Under the pieces are notes generated by a model that did no database searches, was not told the DNA's origin, and worked only from the letters and a program-made list of their open reading frames with translations. A stretch of 64,000 bases of DNA from an uncultured Candidatus Binatia bacterium (GTDB lineage Bacteria > Desulfobacterota > Binatia > UBA9968 > JAJDTQ01). The DNA lies in NCBI GenBank assembly GCA_965242525.1, contig OZ251459.1:2784001-2848000 (forward strand). The letters run 5' to 3'. A program made the translations under genes and the position numbers. Positions 43,738-54,002 of the stretch are shown one piece after another. The first letter of the stretch is position 1, and each line of letters begins with the position of its first letter.

Positions 43738-43847
43738 GGAAACGCTGAACGATTATCCCCGTTCGTCCTGAGCGTAGCGAAGCGAAGTCGAAGGACGCGC
43801 TTTCCCACCGGGGAAAGGGAGTTCGAGCCGGAATCGTCCAGGGTTTC
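43738..43847. mobile_element. Family A subtype 2 MITE
   Basis: GGAAACGCTGAACGATT...AATCGTCCAGGGTTTCC. Confidence 0.75.
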
Positions 43848-43927
43848 CCGGAGGTTGCCCGACCGGGGAGAACGGACGAAACAGCGCATCCGTGGGTTTT
43901 TCGCGCGCGCTGCTGTAGGATAACGGC

Positions 43928-45103
43928 GTGGTGCGGACCGGACTGGAAAGGCTTCTCAACGACCCGCGGGCGTGGCTCAGCAGCGCGCGCGTGGGGCTGG
44001 TGGCCAACCCCACCGCGGTGAACCGCGGCCTCGACCACGCCGCGGACCTGCTGCATCGGAGCCCCGCGGTGGACCTGCGCTGCCTGTTCGGCCCGGAGCA
44101 CGGACTTCGCGGGTCCGCCCAGGACATGGCGGCGGTGGCGGACCACACGGACCCGGCCACCGGCCTGCCGGTGGCGAGCCTCTACGGCGACACCCTCGCT
44201 TCCCTGTCCCCCACCCAGGAGCAGCTCGCCCGGCTGGACGTCCTCCTGTTCGACATCCAGGACGTGGGCGCACGGTACTACACATACGGGGCCACCCTGG
44301 CCCTGTGCATGCGCGCGGCCGCGGCTTCCTGGGTCAAGGTGGTGGTGCTGGACCGGCCCAACCCCATTGGCGGCGCCGCGGTGGAGGGCGGCGGCCTGGA
44401 CGAAGGTCTCGAGAACTTCTGCGGCCTCTACCCGGTGCCGCAGCGCCACGGCATGACCCTGGGGGAGCTCGCCCGGCTCTACAACGAGACCTTCGGCATC
44501 GGGTGCGAGCTGGACGTGGCGACGTGCGAGGGATGGTCCCGGAGCGCCTACTACGACCAGTGCGGCCTGCCCTGGGTGATGCCGTCGCCCAACATGCCGA
44601 CCCCGGACACCGCGCTGGTCTATCCCGGCATGTGCCTGCTCGAAGGCGCCAACCTGTCCGAGGGCCGGGGCACCACGCGCCCCTTCGAGCTCTTCGGAGC
44701 GCCGTTCATCGACGGCCCCAGGCTGGCCGAAGAGTTGCGGCGCCACGACCTGCCCGGGGTCGTCTTCCGCCCCTGCGTCATCGAGCCGGCGTTCCACAAG
44801 TTCCAAGGACAGCGCTGCGGCGCGCTCCAGTTGCACGTGAGCGACCGGGACGCCTTCGAGCCGTACCGCACGGGCTTGGCCGTGCTCGTGGCCGTGCGGA
44901 AGCTCTGGCCCGAATCCTTCGCCTGGCGCACGGAGCCCTACGAGTTCCGCGCGGACGTCCCGGCCATCGACCTCCTGACCGGGCGCGCCGCGGTCAGGCA
45001 GGCCATCGACGGGGGCGCAACCCTCGAAGACGTGGTGCGCGCCGCCGGCGGCGGCACGGAACTGTACGACGCCGGGCGCGGCAAGGCCCTGCTGTACGAC
45101 TGA
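43928..45103 (+). CDS. DUF1343/NamZ exo-beta-N-acetylmuramidase family
   Basis: FGPEHG, DIQDVGARYYTY, LDRPNP, PSPNMP, SEGRGTTRPFE. Confidence 0.9.
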   Translation: MVRTGLERLLNDPRAWLSSARVGLVANPTAVNRGLDHAADLLHRSPAVDLRCLFGPEHGLRGSAQDMAAVADHTDPATGLPVASLYGDTLASLSPTQEQLARLDVLLFDIQDVGARYYTYGATLALCMRAAAASWVKVVVLDRPNPIGGAAVEGGGLDEGLENFCGLYPVPQRHGMTLGELARLYNETFGIGCELDVATCEGWSRSAYYDQCGLPWVMPSPNMPTPDTALVYPGMCLLEGANLSEGRGTTRPFELFGAPFIDGPRLAEELRRHDLPGVVFRPCVIEPAFHKFQGQRCGALQLHVSDRDAFEPYRTGLAVLVAVRKLWPESFAWRTEPYEFRADVPAIDLLTGRAAVRQAIDGGATLEDVVRAAGGGTELYDAGRGKALLYD

Positions 45104-45148
45104 GGAACCGAAGCGCCGTCGGCAAGGTCCGGACCCGCGGATCATCGA

Positions 45149-45412
45149 GGAAAAACCCGGACAATCCGGGAGGAAGAAGAGCGCGTCCTTCGACTTCGCT
45201 TCGCTACGCTCAGGACGAACGGGAATAGGGGCGTCAGGGTGAGGGAATCGGGAATCCATCCCGGATGTCTCGATTGTTCAGAAGTTCCCAAAGATCCTCA
45301 ATAGGAACCTCTGAACAACTACCCCGTTCGTCCTGAGCGTAGCGAAGCGAAGTCGAAGGACGCGCTTTCCCACAGGGAGATGGAGTTCGAGCCTGAATTG
45401 TTCAGGGTTTCC
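45149..45412. mobile_element. Two family A MITEs (45149-45288, 45304-45412)
   Basis: Each with core and GGAA...TTCC ends; cores in opposite orientation. Confidence 0.75.
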
Positions 45413-45442
45413 ATAACCGGATTACGGAGGAAGGAGAAGGTC

Positions 45443-46135
45443 ATGGCGGATCAGGAAGTAGCAGTGGTGGTGGGGGGAGGGCCGGGGCTCAGCGCCTCGC
45501 TCGTGCGGCTGTTCACCCGGGAAGGCATGAAGGCGGCCATCGCCGCCCGCAACCCGGACAAGCTGGCGGAACTGGCGGAGGGCGCCGGTTGCCGCGCGTA
45601 CCGTTGTGACGCGGTGGTTCCCGGGGAGGTGGACGACCTGTTCGCCCAGGTGGCCCGGGACCTCGGGGACCCCGACCTGGTGGTCTATAACGCCAGCGCG
45701 CGCGTGCGCGGCCCCATCACCGAGCAGCCGCCGGATGCGGTCCGGGACGCCATCCTGGTGACCTGCTACGGCGGTTTCCTGGTGGGACGGGCGGCCGCGG
45801 CCAGCATGCTCCGGACCGGCGGGGGCACCATCCTGTTCACCGGGGCTTCGGCCAGCGTCAAGGGCTACGCCAACTCCGCGTCCTTCGCCATGGGCAAGTT
45901 CGGCTTGAGCGGCCTGACCCAGAGCATGGCCCGGGAGCTCCAGCCGCAGAACGTCCACGTGGCCCAGGTGGTCATCGACGGCGGCATCGATTCGCCCCGG
46001 CGCGACCCCGGCCGCGGCGACGATGCGTGGCTCCGTCCCAACGCCATTGCCGAGACCTACCTGCACCTCCACCGCCAGCACCGCAGTGCATGGGCCTCCC
46101 ACGTGGAGCTGCGGCCCTGGACCGAGAAGTTCTGA
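45443..46135 (+). CDS. Short-chain dehydrogenase/reductase
   Basis: VVGGGPGL, YNA, FTGASAS, FAMGKF, ELRPWTEKF. Confidence 0.88.
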   Translation: MADQEVAVVVGGGPGLSASLVRLFTREGMKAAIAARNPDKLAELAEGAGCRAYRCDAVVPGEVDDLFAQVARDLGDPDLVVYNASARVRGPITEQPPDAVRDAILVTCYGGFLVGRAAAASMLRTGGGTILFTGASASVKGYANSASFAMGKFGLSGLTQSMARELQPQNVHVAQVVIDGGIDSPRRDPGRGDDAWLRPNAIAETYLHLHRQHRSAWASHVELRPWTEKF

Positions 46136-46247
46136 GCGGCAGGGGGTCTCTCTCCTTGCCGGGCGTGCGGGCGTCCCGCACGCATGCCGGCGAAGGCCTG
46201 CGACGGGAGGATGCGGGCAGGATGCCCGCGCCCGGGCCGCGGCGGCG

Positions 46248-47123
46248 TCAGCCCGCGCCCGCCCTGGAGAAGACCAGCAGCAGGGTGCCCACGAAGGTGA
46301 ACGCGACGCCGACGCACACCCGCAGGTTCACGGTCTCCACGTCGCGCAGGAAGAGCGCGGTGAGGACCACGGTCAGCACCGGGTTGGTGCTGATGAGCGG
46401 CTCCACGATGACGATGTCGCCGGCGGAGAGGGCGTAGAAGTTCGCCAGCATCCCGGCGGTGTTGCAGACCCCCGCGGCCACGAACCACGCCAGCACCTTG
46501 CGGGACATGCGCAGCGCCTTGCGCGGACCGCCCTGGCCATGGACCATGAAGACGGCCAGGGCGAGTCCGGTGGTGGCGTTCACGCACGACGCCATGAGCG
46601 GCAGGTTGTCGATGAAGAAGCCGAGCTTGCGCACGCTGGCCGCAAGGGAGAACGACAACGCGGCCAGGAGCGGGAAGACGAAGTCCCGGCGGCGCCACTC
46701 GGCCTTCTGCTCGTGGGTGCGCGAGATGACCACGACGCCGGAGATGATCAGGGCGGTGCCGAAGAAGGCCCCCAGGGTCCAGTGCTCGCCCACGATGAGG
46801 ACCGCGAGTATGGAGGCGAACATGGGCGTGGCGCTGACCACCGGGATGGAGCGCGCCACCCCCAGGCGGTCGATGGACACATAGACCAGCCAGCGTCCCA
46901 GGCCGGACGCAAAGACGCCGCCCACCGCGAAGTACCAGACGGCGTGGGTCCGGAAAGCGGCCAGGGGCAGGTAGGCCCCCACCAGGGACCAGAGGGTCGC
47001 CGCCGAGATGACGATGGAGAGGAAGAACCCGGCCAGGGGGTTGGACTCGGCCAGCCCCCGGCGGATCAGGATGTGGGACACGGCGAATCCCATCGACGCC
47101 GCCAGGGCGAAGAGGACGCTCAT
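46248..47123 (-). CDS. DMT/EamA family transporter
   Basis: About 10 TM helices in two repeats. Confidence 0.85.
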   Translation of the reverse strand: MSVLFALAASMGFAVSHILIRRGLAESNPLAGFFLSIVISAATLWSLVGAYLPLAAFRTHAVWYFAVGGVFASGLGRWLVYVSIDRLGVARSIPVVSATPMFASILAVLIVGEHWTLGAFFGTALIISGVVVISRTHEQKAEWRRRDFVFPLLAALSFSLAASVRKLGFFIDNLPLMASCVNATTGLALAVFMVHGQGGPRKALRMSRKVLAWFVAAGVCNTAGMLANFYALSAGDIVIVEPLISTNPVLTVVLTALFLRDVETVNLRVCVGVAFTFVGTLLLVFSRAGAG

Positions 47124-47189
47124 TTCAGGGCGCGCCTTGCCGACGACGGGTCCCGGACGCCCGGCCGGCGGTTGGTGCGCGGCGAGGCA

Positions 47190-47417
47190 CTAGGGCTCCG
47201 CCTCGTACCAGCGGGCGACGCGTATCCTGATGGCCCCTACGGGACAGTCCCACTCGCAGATGAAGCAGCCTTGGCAGTCCTCCTCGTACATGGCGAACGG
47301 GTAGCCGTCCTTGCCCATGCGGATCACGTCCGTGGGGCAGGCGTCGTCGCAGGCCGTGCACGAGATGCAGGCTTCCTTGCAGATCTCGACCTTCGGCAGG
47401 TGTTGCGACCGGGCCAT
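47190..47417 (-). CDS. 2[4Fe-4S] ferredoxin
   Basis: CISCTACDDACP and CQGCFICEWDCP. Confidence 0.9.
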   Translation of the reverse strand: MARSQHLPKVEICKEACISCTACDDACPTDVIRMGKDGYPFAMYEEDCQGCFICEWDCPVGAIRIRVARWYEAEP

Positions 47418-47419
47418 GC

Positions 47420-49171
47420 CTACGCGCCTGCCTCCGCCGCCCGGCCGGCGACCTTGAAGAACGGGTGCAGCGTCTTTCCGGGCTTCGGCCGGTAGCGCAC
47501 GTAGAACTCGTCGCGGGGGATGGGTTCGTCCCATATCTTCAACCCGCCGTCCTCCCGCACCGACTTGCTCAGCACCAGCCACCTGTCGTTGTCGGTCTCG
47601 GGATGGTCGCGGTTGACCACCGAGCCGCGGCTCTCCTGCCGGTGCAGCAGGTAGTCGAGCACCGCGGTCAGGGCCTCCATGGAGTTGCGCAGCCCCAGGA
47701 CCTTCACCAGCTCGTGGGGGTCCCTGGCCATGACGTCGTCGTAGGTCTCCAGTATCTCCAGGAGCCCCCGCCGCACCCGGGCGATCTTCTCGTCGCTCAG
47801 GACCACCCCCAACTCGTGGAGCAGGTCCGCGGCCCTGCCGTGGACCTCGGCGAAGGCGGCGCCCCGGGGCTTGAGATAGCGGGTGGCCTCGGCGGAAAGC
47901 GACTCCACCTGACGGGCCGCGGCGCCCCGGAGGTCCTCCTTCCGGGCGTAGTCCGCGGCGTGCCGGCCGGCCCACCAGCCCAGCACCATGCACCAGGACA
48001 GGTTGAGGTTCGGCGAGATGTTCATGCCGTCGCTGCTGGCGCCCGCGGCGAACAGGCCCGGCAGGGAGGTCATGCACCTGTCGTCCACCACCGCGCCGCC
48101 GCCGTGGCTGGATCCGTAGGTGGCGGCCAGCACCGGGAGGTAGGGGATCCGTTCCCGGCTCACGTCATAACCCGCGGCGTCGAAGGTGCTCATGATGATG
48201 GGGATGACCTCGTGCAGCAGCCGGATCTTCTCCGGCGGCAGCCCGGTGCAGTCCAGGTAGATGGGACCCTTGTCTTCCAGCATCTCCAGCGCCGCGGCGT
48301 GCCCCAGGGACAACCGCCGGGTGAGCTCGGCTTCCGATTCCCCGAACCGCCGCATCACGTCTTCGCCCAGGCGGTTGAAGTAGCCGGCGCCCATGGTGGT
48401 GAAGTGCTCGATGCCCGGCGCGCACAGGAACTCCATGGTCTGGAGGTACTTGCTGCCCACCGCCATGTTGCCCATGACCGCGCCCGCCCGGAGCTGCATG
48501 GCCACGCCGTCGCTGGTGATGTTGAGGGGCATTCCGGCGAACCACTGGCCCGGCTGCTTGTAGCCGAAGTTGAAGCCGCCGGCGCACATGACCACGGACT
48601 TGGCCTCGCACACGTGGACCTGGCGCTCCCGGCCGGAGACGCCCAGGGCGCCCACCACGCGGCCGCGGGTGGGAAGCCTGCCGTCGGAGGTCAGGAGGTC
48701 GGTGGCCGAGACCCGGTTGAGCACCCGGACGCCTTCGCGCAGGGCCACGCCGCGCACCACCTTCATCATGGCGGTGCCGCCGCCCACCAGGCCCGCGGCC
48801 AGACCGCCGCTCGCCGCGGCGCCGGACCCGCCCTTGCCGCGCCAGATCTCGCCCCGTTCCCTGACGAACTTCACCCCCCAGCCGTCCAGGATGCCGAGCA
48901 CCTCGTGGGTGGCGTGGATGGCCTCGATGGCCCGGGTCTGGTTGGTGAGCACGCCGCGCCCGCCCAGGTGGACCATGATGTCGTCGCCCGGCATGTAGGT
49001 GATGTACGCGCCCGAAGCCAGCGCCGCGCAGCCGCTCCGCCCGAACACGGACTTGTCCACCAGCAGCACGTCCGCCCCCTCCCGGCGGGCGCGGATGGCC
49101 GCCATGGCCCCGGCCGCGCCGCCGCCGATGACCAGGACGTCGGCTTGGTGGTGGATGGTCTGGTGGCTCAT
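47420..49171 (-). CDS. FAD-binding protein, SdhA/AprA/NadB superfamily
   Basis: DVLVIGGGAAG, LPGLFAAG, RQESRG...DHPETD. Confidence 0.85.
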   Translation of the reverse strand: MSHQTIHHQADVLVIGGGAAGAMAAIRARREGADVLLVDKSVFGRSGCAALASGAYITYMPGDDIMVHLGGRGVLTNQTRAIEAIHATHEVLGILDGWGVKFVRERGEIWRGKGGSGAAASGGLAAGLVGGGTAMMKVVRGVALREGVRVLNRVSATDLLTSDGRLPTRGRVVGALGVSGRERQVHVCEAKSVVMCAGGFNFGYKQPGQWFAGMPLNITSDGVAMQLRAGAVMGNMAVGSKYLQTMEFLCAPGIEHFTTMGAGYFNRLGEDVMRRFGESEAELTRRLSLGHAAALEMLEDKGPIYLDCTGLPPEKIRLLHEVIPIIMSTFDAAGYDVSRERIPYLPVLAATYGSSHGGGAVVDDRCMTSLPGLFAAGASSDGMNISPNLNLSWCMVLGWWAGRHAADYARKEDLRGAAARQVESLSAEATRYLKPRGAAFAEVHGRAADLLHELGVVLSDEKIARVRRGLLEILETYDDVMARDPHELVKVLGLRNSMEALTAVLDYLLHRQESRGSVVNRDHPETDNDRWLVLSKSVREDGGLKIWDEPIPRDEFYVRYRPKPGKTLHPFFKVAGRAAEAGA

Positions 49172-49229
49172 GGTCGATCCGTTACCTGGGGGAACGTCGT
49201 ATCCATACCGGCTCGGGTTCACTCTGCCA

Positions 49230-49280
49230 TGGGAAAGCGCGTCCTTCGACTTCGCTCCGCTACGCTCAGGACGAACGGAG
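49230..49280. repeat. Family A core only
   Basis: CGTCCTTCGACTTCGCTCCGCTACGCTCAGGACGAACGG. Confidence 0.65.
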
Positions 49281-49419
49281 TTCGTCGTGCCGAGTTACCT
49301 AGACCAAGTGAGAGCCGGTGTCAAAGCCGGCGGGTGCACGGACCGTCGGCGCTTGCGCACCGAGGGCCACAAGGTTTATGCAGACTCGGGGACCACATGA
49401 AAGAAGCCGGGAGACGCCC

Positions 49420-51321
49420 ATGAGCCGCAGCCGTTACACGGACGTTTACGAACGCGCCCTGAAGGACCCCGAGGGTTTCTGGGCCGAAGCCGCGGAGGAC
49501 ATCCACTGGGACGAGCGCTGGGACCGGGTGCTGGACGACTCCCGGCCGCCCTTCTACCGGTGGTTCACCGGCGGCGCGCTCAACACCTGCTACAACGCGC
49601 TGGACGTGCACGTGGACCGGGGGGACGGCGACCGGACCGCGTTGATCTACGACAGCCCGGTGACGGACAGCGTCAGTATCTTCACCTACCGGGAGCTTCG
49701 GGACGCGGCCGCAACCTTTGCCGGCGCGCTCCGGGACCACGGCGTGGGCGTGGGCGACCGCGTGATCCTGTACATGCCCATGATCCCCGAGGCGGTGGTG
49801 GCCATGCTCGCGTGCGCCCGTCTCGGCGCGGTCCACTCGGTGGTGTTCGGCGGCTTCGCCGCCAACGAGCTCGCCGCCCGCATCGACGACGCCAGGCCCA
49901 AGGCGGTGGTGAGCGCGAGCTGCGGCATCGAGGGCAACCGCGTGGTCGAATACAAGCCGCTGCTGGACGAGGCCCTGCGGTTGGCGCGGCACGCGCCGGC
50001 GCATTGCGTGGTGCTGCAACGGCCCCAGGCGCGCGCGTCCATGTCGGGCGGACGCGACGTGGACTGGAACGAGGCGGTGGCCGCGGCCAGCCCGGTCCCG
50101 TGCGTCCCGGTGGCCGCCACCGACCCGCTGTACATCCTCTACACTTCCGGCACCACCGGCCAGCCCAAGGGCATCGTGCGCGACAACGGCGGCCACGCCG
50201 TGGCCCTCAAGTGGAGCATGGGGAACGTTTACGGAGTGGACGCGGGCGAGGTGTTCTGGGCCGCCTCCGACGTGGGCTGGGTGGTGGGCCATTCCTACAT
50301 CGTCTATGGGCCGTTGCTGAAGGGTTGCGCCACCGTCCTCTACGAAGGCAAGCCGGTGGGCACGCCGGACCCCGGCGCCTTCTGGCGCGTCATCGGCCAG
50401 CACCGGGTGAGCGTGCTGTTCACCGCCCCCACCGCGTTCCGCGCCATCAAGAAGGAAGACCCCCGGGGCGACTACGTGGGGAAGCACGACCTGGGCGGCT
50501 TCCGGGCCCTGTTCCTGGCCGGCGAGCGCTGCGACCCGGACACGCTGCTGTGGGCCCGGGACCTCCTGGGGGTGCCGGTCATCGACCACTGGTGGCAGAC
50601 GGAGACCGGGTGGGCCATCGCGGCCAACTGCATGGGCATCGAGCCTCTGCCGGTGAAGCCCGGGTCGCCCACCCGGGCCGTGCCGGGCTACGACGTGCGC
50701 GTCCTCGACGACGAGGGCCGGGAGACGCCGGCCGGCGGCATGGGCAGCATCACGGTGAAGCTGCCGCTGCCGCCCGGTTGCCTCCCCACCCTGTGGGGCA
50801 ACGAGGAAGGCTACCGCAAGGCGTACCTGGAGCAGCATCCGGGCTACTACGTCACCGCGGACGCAGGCTACCGGGACGAGGACGGCTACCTGTGGATCAT
50901 GGGGCGCATGGACGACGTCATCAACGTGGCCGGACACCGGCTCTCCACCGGCGCCATGGAGGAAGTCCTCGCCTCCCATCCCGCGGTGGCCGAATGCGCG
51001 GTGCTCGGAGTGGCGGACCAGTTGAAGGGGCAACTGCCGCTGGGGCTGGTGGTGGTCAAGGCGGGGGTCGAGACCACCGAGGAGGCGCTGGCGCCCGAGC
51101 TGGTAAGCCTCGTGCGCCGGAAGATCGGTCCGGTGGCCGACTTCAAGCAGGCCCTGGTGGTCAAGCGCCTGCCCAAGACCCGTTCCGGCAAGATCCTGCG
51201 GGGCACGGTGCGGAGCATGGCGGACGGGACCCCCTACAAACCCCCCGCCACCATCGACGACCCGGCCATCCTGGACGAGATCCGGGAAGATCTGGCGCGG
51301 CTGGGTTACCCGAGGCAGTGA
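49420..51321 (+). CDS. prpE: Propionyl-CoA synthetase-like acyl-CoA ligase
   Basis: YTSGTTGQPKG, RDNGGH, DHWWQTETG, PKTRSGKILR. Confidence 0.8.
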   Translation: MSRSRYTDVYERALKDPEGFWAEAAEDIHWDERWDRVLDDSRPPFYRWFTGGALNTCYNALDVHVDRGDGDRTALIYDSPVTDSVSIFTYRELRDAAATFAGALRDHGVGVGDRVILYMPMIPEAVVAMLACARLGAVHSVVFGGFAANELAARIDDARPKAVVSASCGIEGNRVVEYKPLLDEALRLARHAPAHCVVLQRPQARASMSGGRDVDWNEAVAAASPVPCVPVAATDPLYILYTSGTTGQPKGIVRDNGGHAVALKWSMGNVYGVDAGEVFWAASDVGWVVGHSYIVYGPLLKGCATVLYEGKPVGTPDPGAFWRVIGQHRVSVLFTAPTAFRAIKKEDPRGDYVGKHDLGGFRALFLAGERCDPDTLLWARDLLGVPVIDHWWQTETGWAIAANCMGIEPLPVKPGSPTRAVPGYDVRVLDDEGRETPAGGMGSITVKLPLPPGCLPTLWGNEEGYRKAYLEQHPGYYVTADAGYRDEDGYLWIMGRMDDVINVAGHRLSTGAMEEVLASHPAVAECAVLGVADQLKGQLPLGLVVVKAGVETTEEALAPELVSLVRRKIGPVADFKQALVVKRLPKTRSGKILRGTVRSMADGTPYKPPATIDDPAILDEIREDLARLGYPRQ

Positions 51322-51444
51322 GGGTCCCGTGTCCGGGACGGGGGCAGCCGTTGCCTGTTCCCCTCCCTCTGTCGTAAGAATAACCTTGCAGCGCCGTCCC
51401 GCTTCGGACCGCGGCGCCCGACCACAAGGAAAGGAGACGAAGCA

Positions 51445-51870
51445 ATGCTCAAGATCGAAGGGGTCACCCACTGGTCGATTCCGGTGAACGATTTGGGCGA
51501 GTCGGAGAAGTTCTACGGCGACCTGCTGGGGCTCAAGCCCCTGGGGCGCCTCGCCAACGACGTCATGGCGTGTTTCAACGTGGGCGACCACAACATCCTC
51601 CTGTGCGAGCGCAGGGAGGTCCCCGCCCAGGCGGAGGACGACCGCGTCCACCACTCCTTTACCGTCAGTCCCGAGACCCTGGACGAGGCGTGCAGGGTGT
51701 TCAAGGCCAGGAACGTCCCGGTGGTGGAGCTCTACTACCGCAAGGGCGGATACTTCCCGGGGCGGGAACTCTACTTCACGGACCCCAGCGGCAACCGGCT
51801 GGAGCTCCGGGACCCCACGTGGAAGGACGGCATGCCCGAGCCGACTTTCGACGAAGTGGCCGGTTCCTGA
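51445..51870 (+). CDS. VOC/glyoxalase family protein
   Basis: THWSIPV, FYGDLLG, YFTDPSGNRLE. Confidence 0.85.
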   Translation: MLKIEGVTHWSIPVNDLGESEKFYGDLLGLKPLGRLANDVMACFNVGDHNILLCERREVPAQAEDDRVHHSFTVSPETLDEACRVFKARNVPVVELYYRKGGYFPGRELYFTDPSGNRLELRDPTWKDGMPEPTFDEVAGS

Positions 51871-51902
51871 GACCCCTCACCGACGAGAAGGAGAAACGTT
51901 CC

Positions 51903-53069
51903 ATGGCGCAGGACGACACCCGGACGAGTCCCGACGATTCCGTCGCTCCCGACCTGGAGGTCAAGGAATACACCTACGACGACTGGATGGCCTCGGTGGG
52001 CGTGCCGGTCCACCGAGGCTACTTCATCGAGGACCTGCGCACGGTGGAGCTGGGCTGGTGGGAGGAGCGCGGCTGCGAGAGCGCCTTCATCCAGCTCGTG
52101 GGGCAGGAGGGAGTGACCTCGGCCATGGTGCAGGAGATCCCTCCCGGACAGACCCTGCCGCGGGTGAAGTTCGCCCTGGACGAGTTGGTGTACGTGCTCC
52201 AGGGCCAGGGCGTGACCACGGTGTGGCGGGGCGAAAACGGCCCCAAGAACAGCTTCGAGTGGCAACCCCGGAGCCTGTTCCAGATCCCGCACAACTACCA
52301 CCACACCATGAGCAACATGCGCGGCGACCGGCCGGTGCGCATCCTGCGCTACAGCTACCTGCCGCTGGCCATGTCCCTGAACACCGACCCGGCGTTCTTC
52401 TTCGACAACCGGTACGAGGGCGAGGACCGCCTGTCCGGGGGCGGCGAGCTCTACTCCGAGGCCAAGCTCGTCCGCGACGGCAACCCCGCCAGGACCTGGG
52501 GCGGGCGCAGCGGCATCTTCTGGTACGGCAACTTCTTTCCCGACATGGGCTCCTGGGACAAGCTCAACCGCAGCAGCCGCAGAGGCGCCGGCGGACACAG
52601 CGTGCTGATGACCTTTCCCCACTCCGAGATGTCGTGCCACATGTCGGTGTTCCCCTCCCGCACCTACAAGAAGGCCCACCGCCACGGCCCGGGCCGGGTC
52701 ATCGTCATTCCCGCGGGAGAAGGCTACTCCATCCTCTGGGAGGAAGGGAAGGAGAAGGTGGTGGCGCCGTGGCACGAGGCGAGCATGTTCGTCCCCCCGG
52801 GCAAATGGTTCCACCAGCACTTCAACGCCGGGGGAACGCCCGCGCGGTATCTGGCGCTGCATCCGCCGAGGCAGTTCCGGGGCCACGCGGAGAAGATCGA
52901 GGACCGGGCCAGGGACCAGATCGAATACGCGGATGAGGACCCGCGGATCCGCGAGCGTTTCGAGGCCGAGCTCGACAAGAGGGGACTTGCGAGCCTCATG
53001 CCCGAAGAAGTCTATCAGGACCGCGATTTCCAGTGGAGCTACCGGGACGCCGCGCCTCCGTCGCCTTAG
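51903..53069 (+). CDS. Bicupin protein
   Basis: KKAHRHGPG and WFHQHFN in second cupin; first cupin degenerate. Confidence 0.75.
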   Translation: MAQDDTRTSPDDSVAPDLEVKEYTYDDWMASVGVPVHRGYFIEDLRTVELGWWEERGCESAFIQLVGQEGVTSAMVQEIPPGQTLPRVKFALDELVYVLQGQGVTTVWRGENGPKNSFEWQPRSLFQIPHNYHHTMSNMRGDRPVRILRYSYLPLAMSLNTDPAFFFDNRYEGEDRLSGGGELYSEAKLVRDGNPARTWGGRSGIFWYGNFFPDMGSWDKLNRSSRRGAGGHSVLMTFPHSEMSCHMSVFPSRTYKKAHRHGPGRVIVIPAGEGYSILWEEGKEKVVAPWHEASMFVPPGKWFHQHFNAGGTPARYLALHPPRQFRGHAEKIEDRARDQIEYADEDPRIRERFEAELDKRGLASLMPEEVYQDRDFQWSYRDAAPPSP

Positions 53070-53086
53070 TCGAAACAGGGCTTCGC

Positions 53087-53932
53087 ATGGAGATCATCGA
53101 CTCGCAGGTCCACATATGGGCGCCGGAGACCCCTGACAAGCACTGGGACAGGGTGGACGCGGCCAAGCCCCACCGACCGGAGCCCCTGGGACACGAAGAG
53201 TTGCTGCGCGAGATGGACGACGCCGGGGTCCATCGTGCGGTGCTGGTGCCGCCGACCTGGGAGGCGGACCGGAACGACACTTCCCTGGAAGCGGCGCGCC
53301 TGCATCCGGACCGCTTCGCGGTCATGGGCCGGTTGCCCCTGGACGCGCCAGCCAGCCGGGAACGGATGGCCGGGTGGAAGGACCAGCCAGGCATGTTGGG
53401 GATCCGCCTCACCTTCCACCGCGGCCGCTACCGCACATGGCTCGAAGACGGCGCCGCGGACTGGTTCTGGCAAGCCGCGGAACGGTATGACGTGCCGGTC
53501 ATGGCGCTGGCGCCGCACTCGCTTCCCCGGTTGGGCGAAGTGGCCGCGCGCCACCCGGGGCTGCGTCTGGCCATCGACCACATGGGGCTCAACGCCAGCC
53601 TGGTGGGCAAGCCGCTGGCCCCCATCATCGACGGCCTGCTCGAACTGGCGCCGCTGGAGAACGTGGCGGTGAAGGCGTCGGCCCTCCCCTGCTACTCCAC
53701 CGAGAGCTACCCCTACCCGTCGCTGCATCCGCAGATCCGCCGGGTCATCGACGCCTTCGGGCCGCAGCGCGTGTTCTGGGGCACCGACCTGTCCCACCTT
53801 CCCTGCCCCTACCGGCAGGCGCTGACGCTGTTCACCGAGGAACTGCGCGACCTCACCGCGGTCGAGAAGGAGTGGATCCTGGGGCGCGCCATCGCCGAGT
53901 GGCTCCGTTGGCCCCTGCCCGAGTCCGGCTGA
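53087..53932 (+). CDS. Amidohydrolase_2 family protein
   Basis: IDSQVH, IDHMG, FWGTD. Confidence 0.85.
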   Translation: MEIIDSQVHIWAPETPDKHWDRVDAAKPHRPEPLGHEELLREMDDAGVHRAVLVPPTWEADRNDTSLEAARLHPDRFAVMGRLPLDAPASRERMAGWKDQPGMLGIRLTFHRGRYRTWLEDGAADWFWQAAERYDVPVMALAPHSLPRLGEVAARHPGLRLAIDHMGLNASLVGKPLAPIIDGLLELAPLENVAVKASALPCYSTESYPYPSLHPQIRRVIDAFGPQRVFWGTDLSHLPCPYRQALTLFTEELRDLTAVEKEWILGRAIAEWLRWPLPESG

Positions 53933-54002
53933 CGACGGATCCGGGAAGCCGGGGAAAAAGACGCCGCGGCTCCTCCGGGGCCGGCAAGACCAGGAGGGGA
54001 AG

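Noticed and set aside
47420-49171. Calling the flavoprotein sdhA or aprA
   Set aside because: No FAD-His, no sdhB/C/D, sat or qmo context
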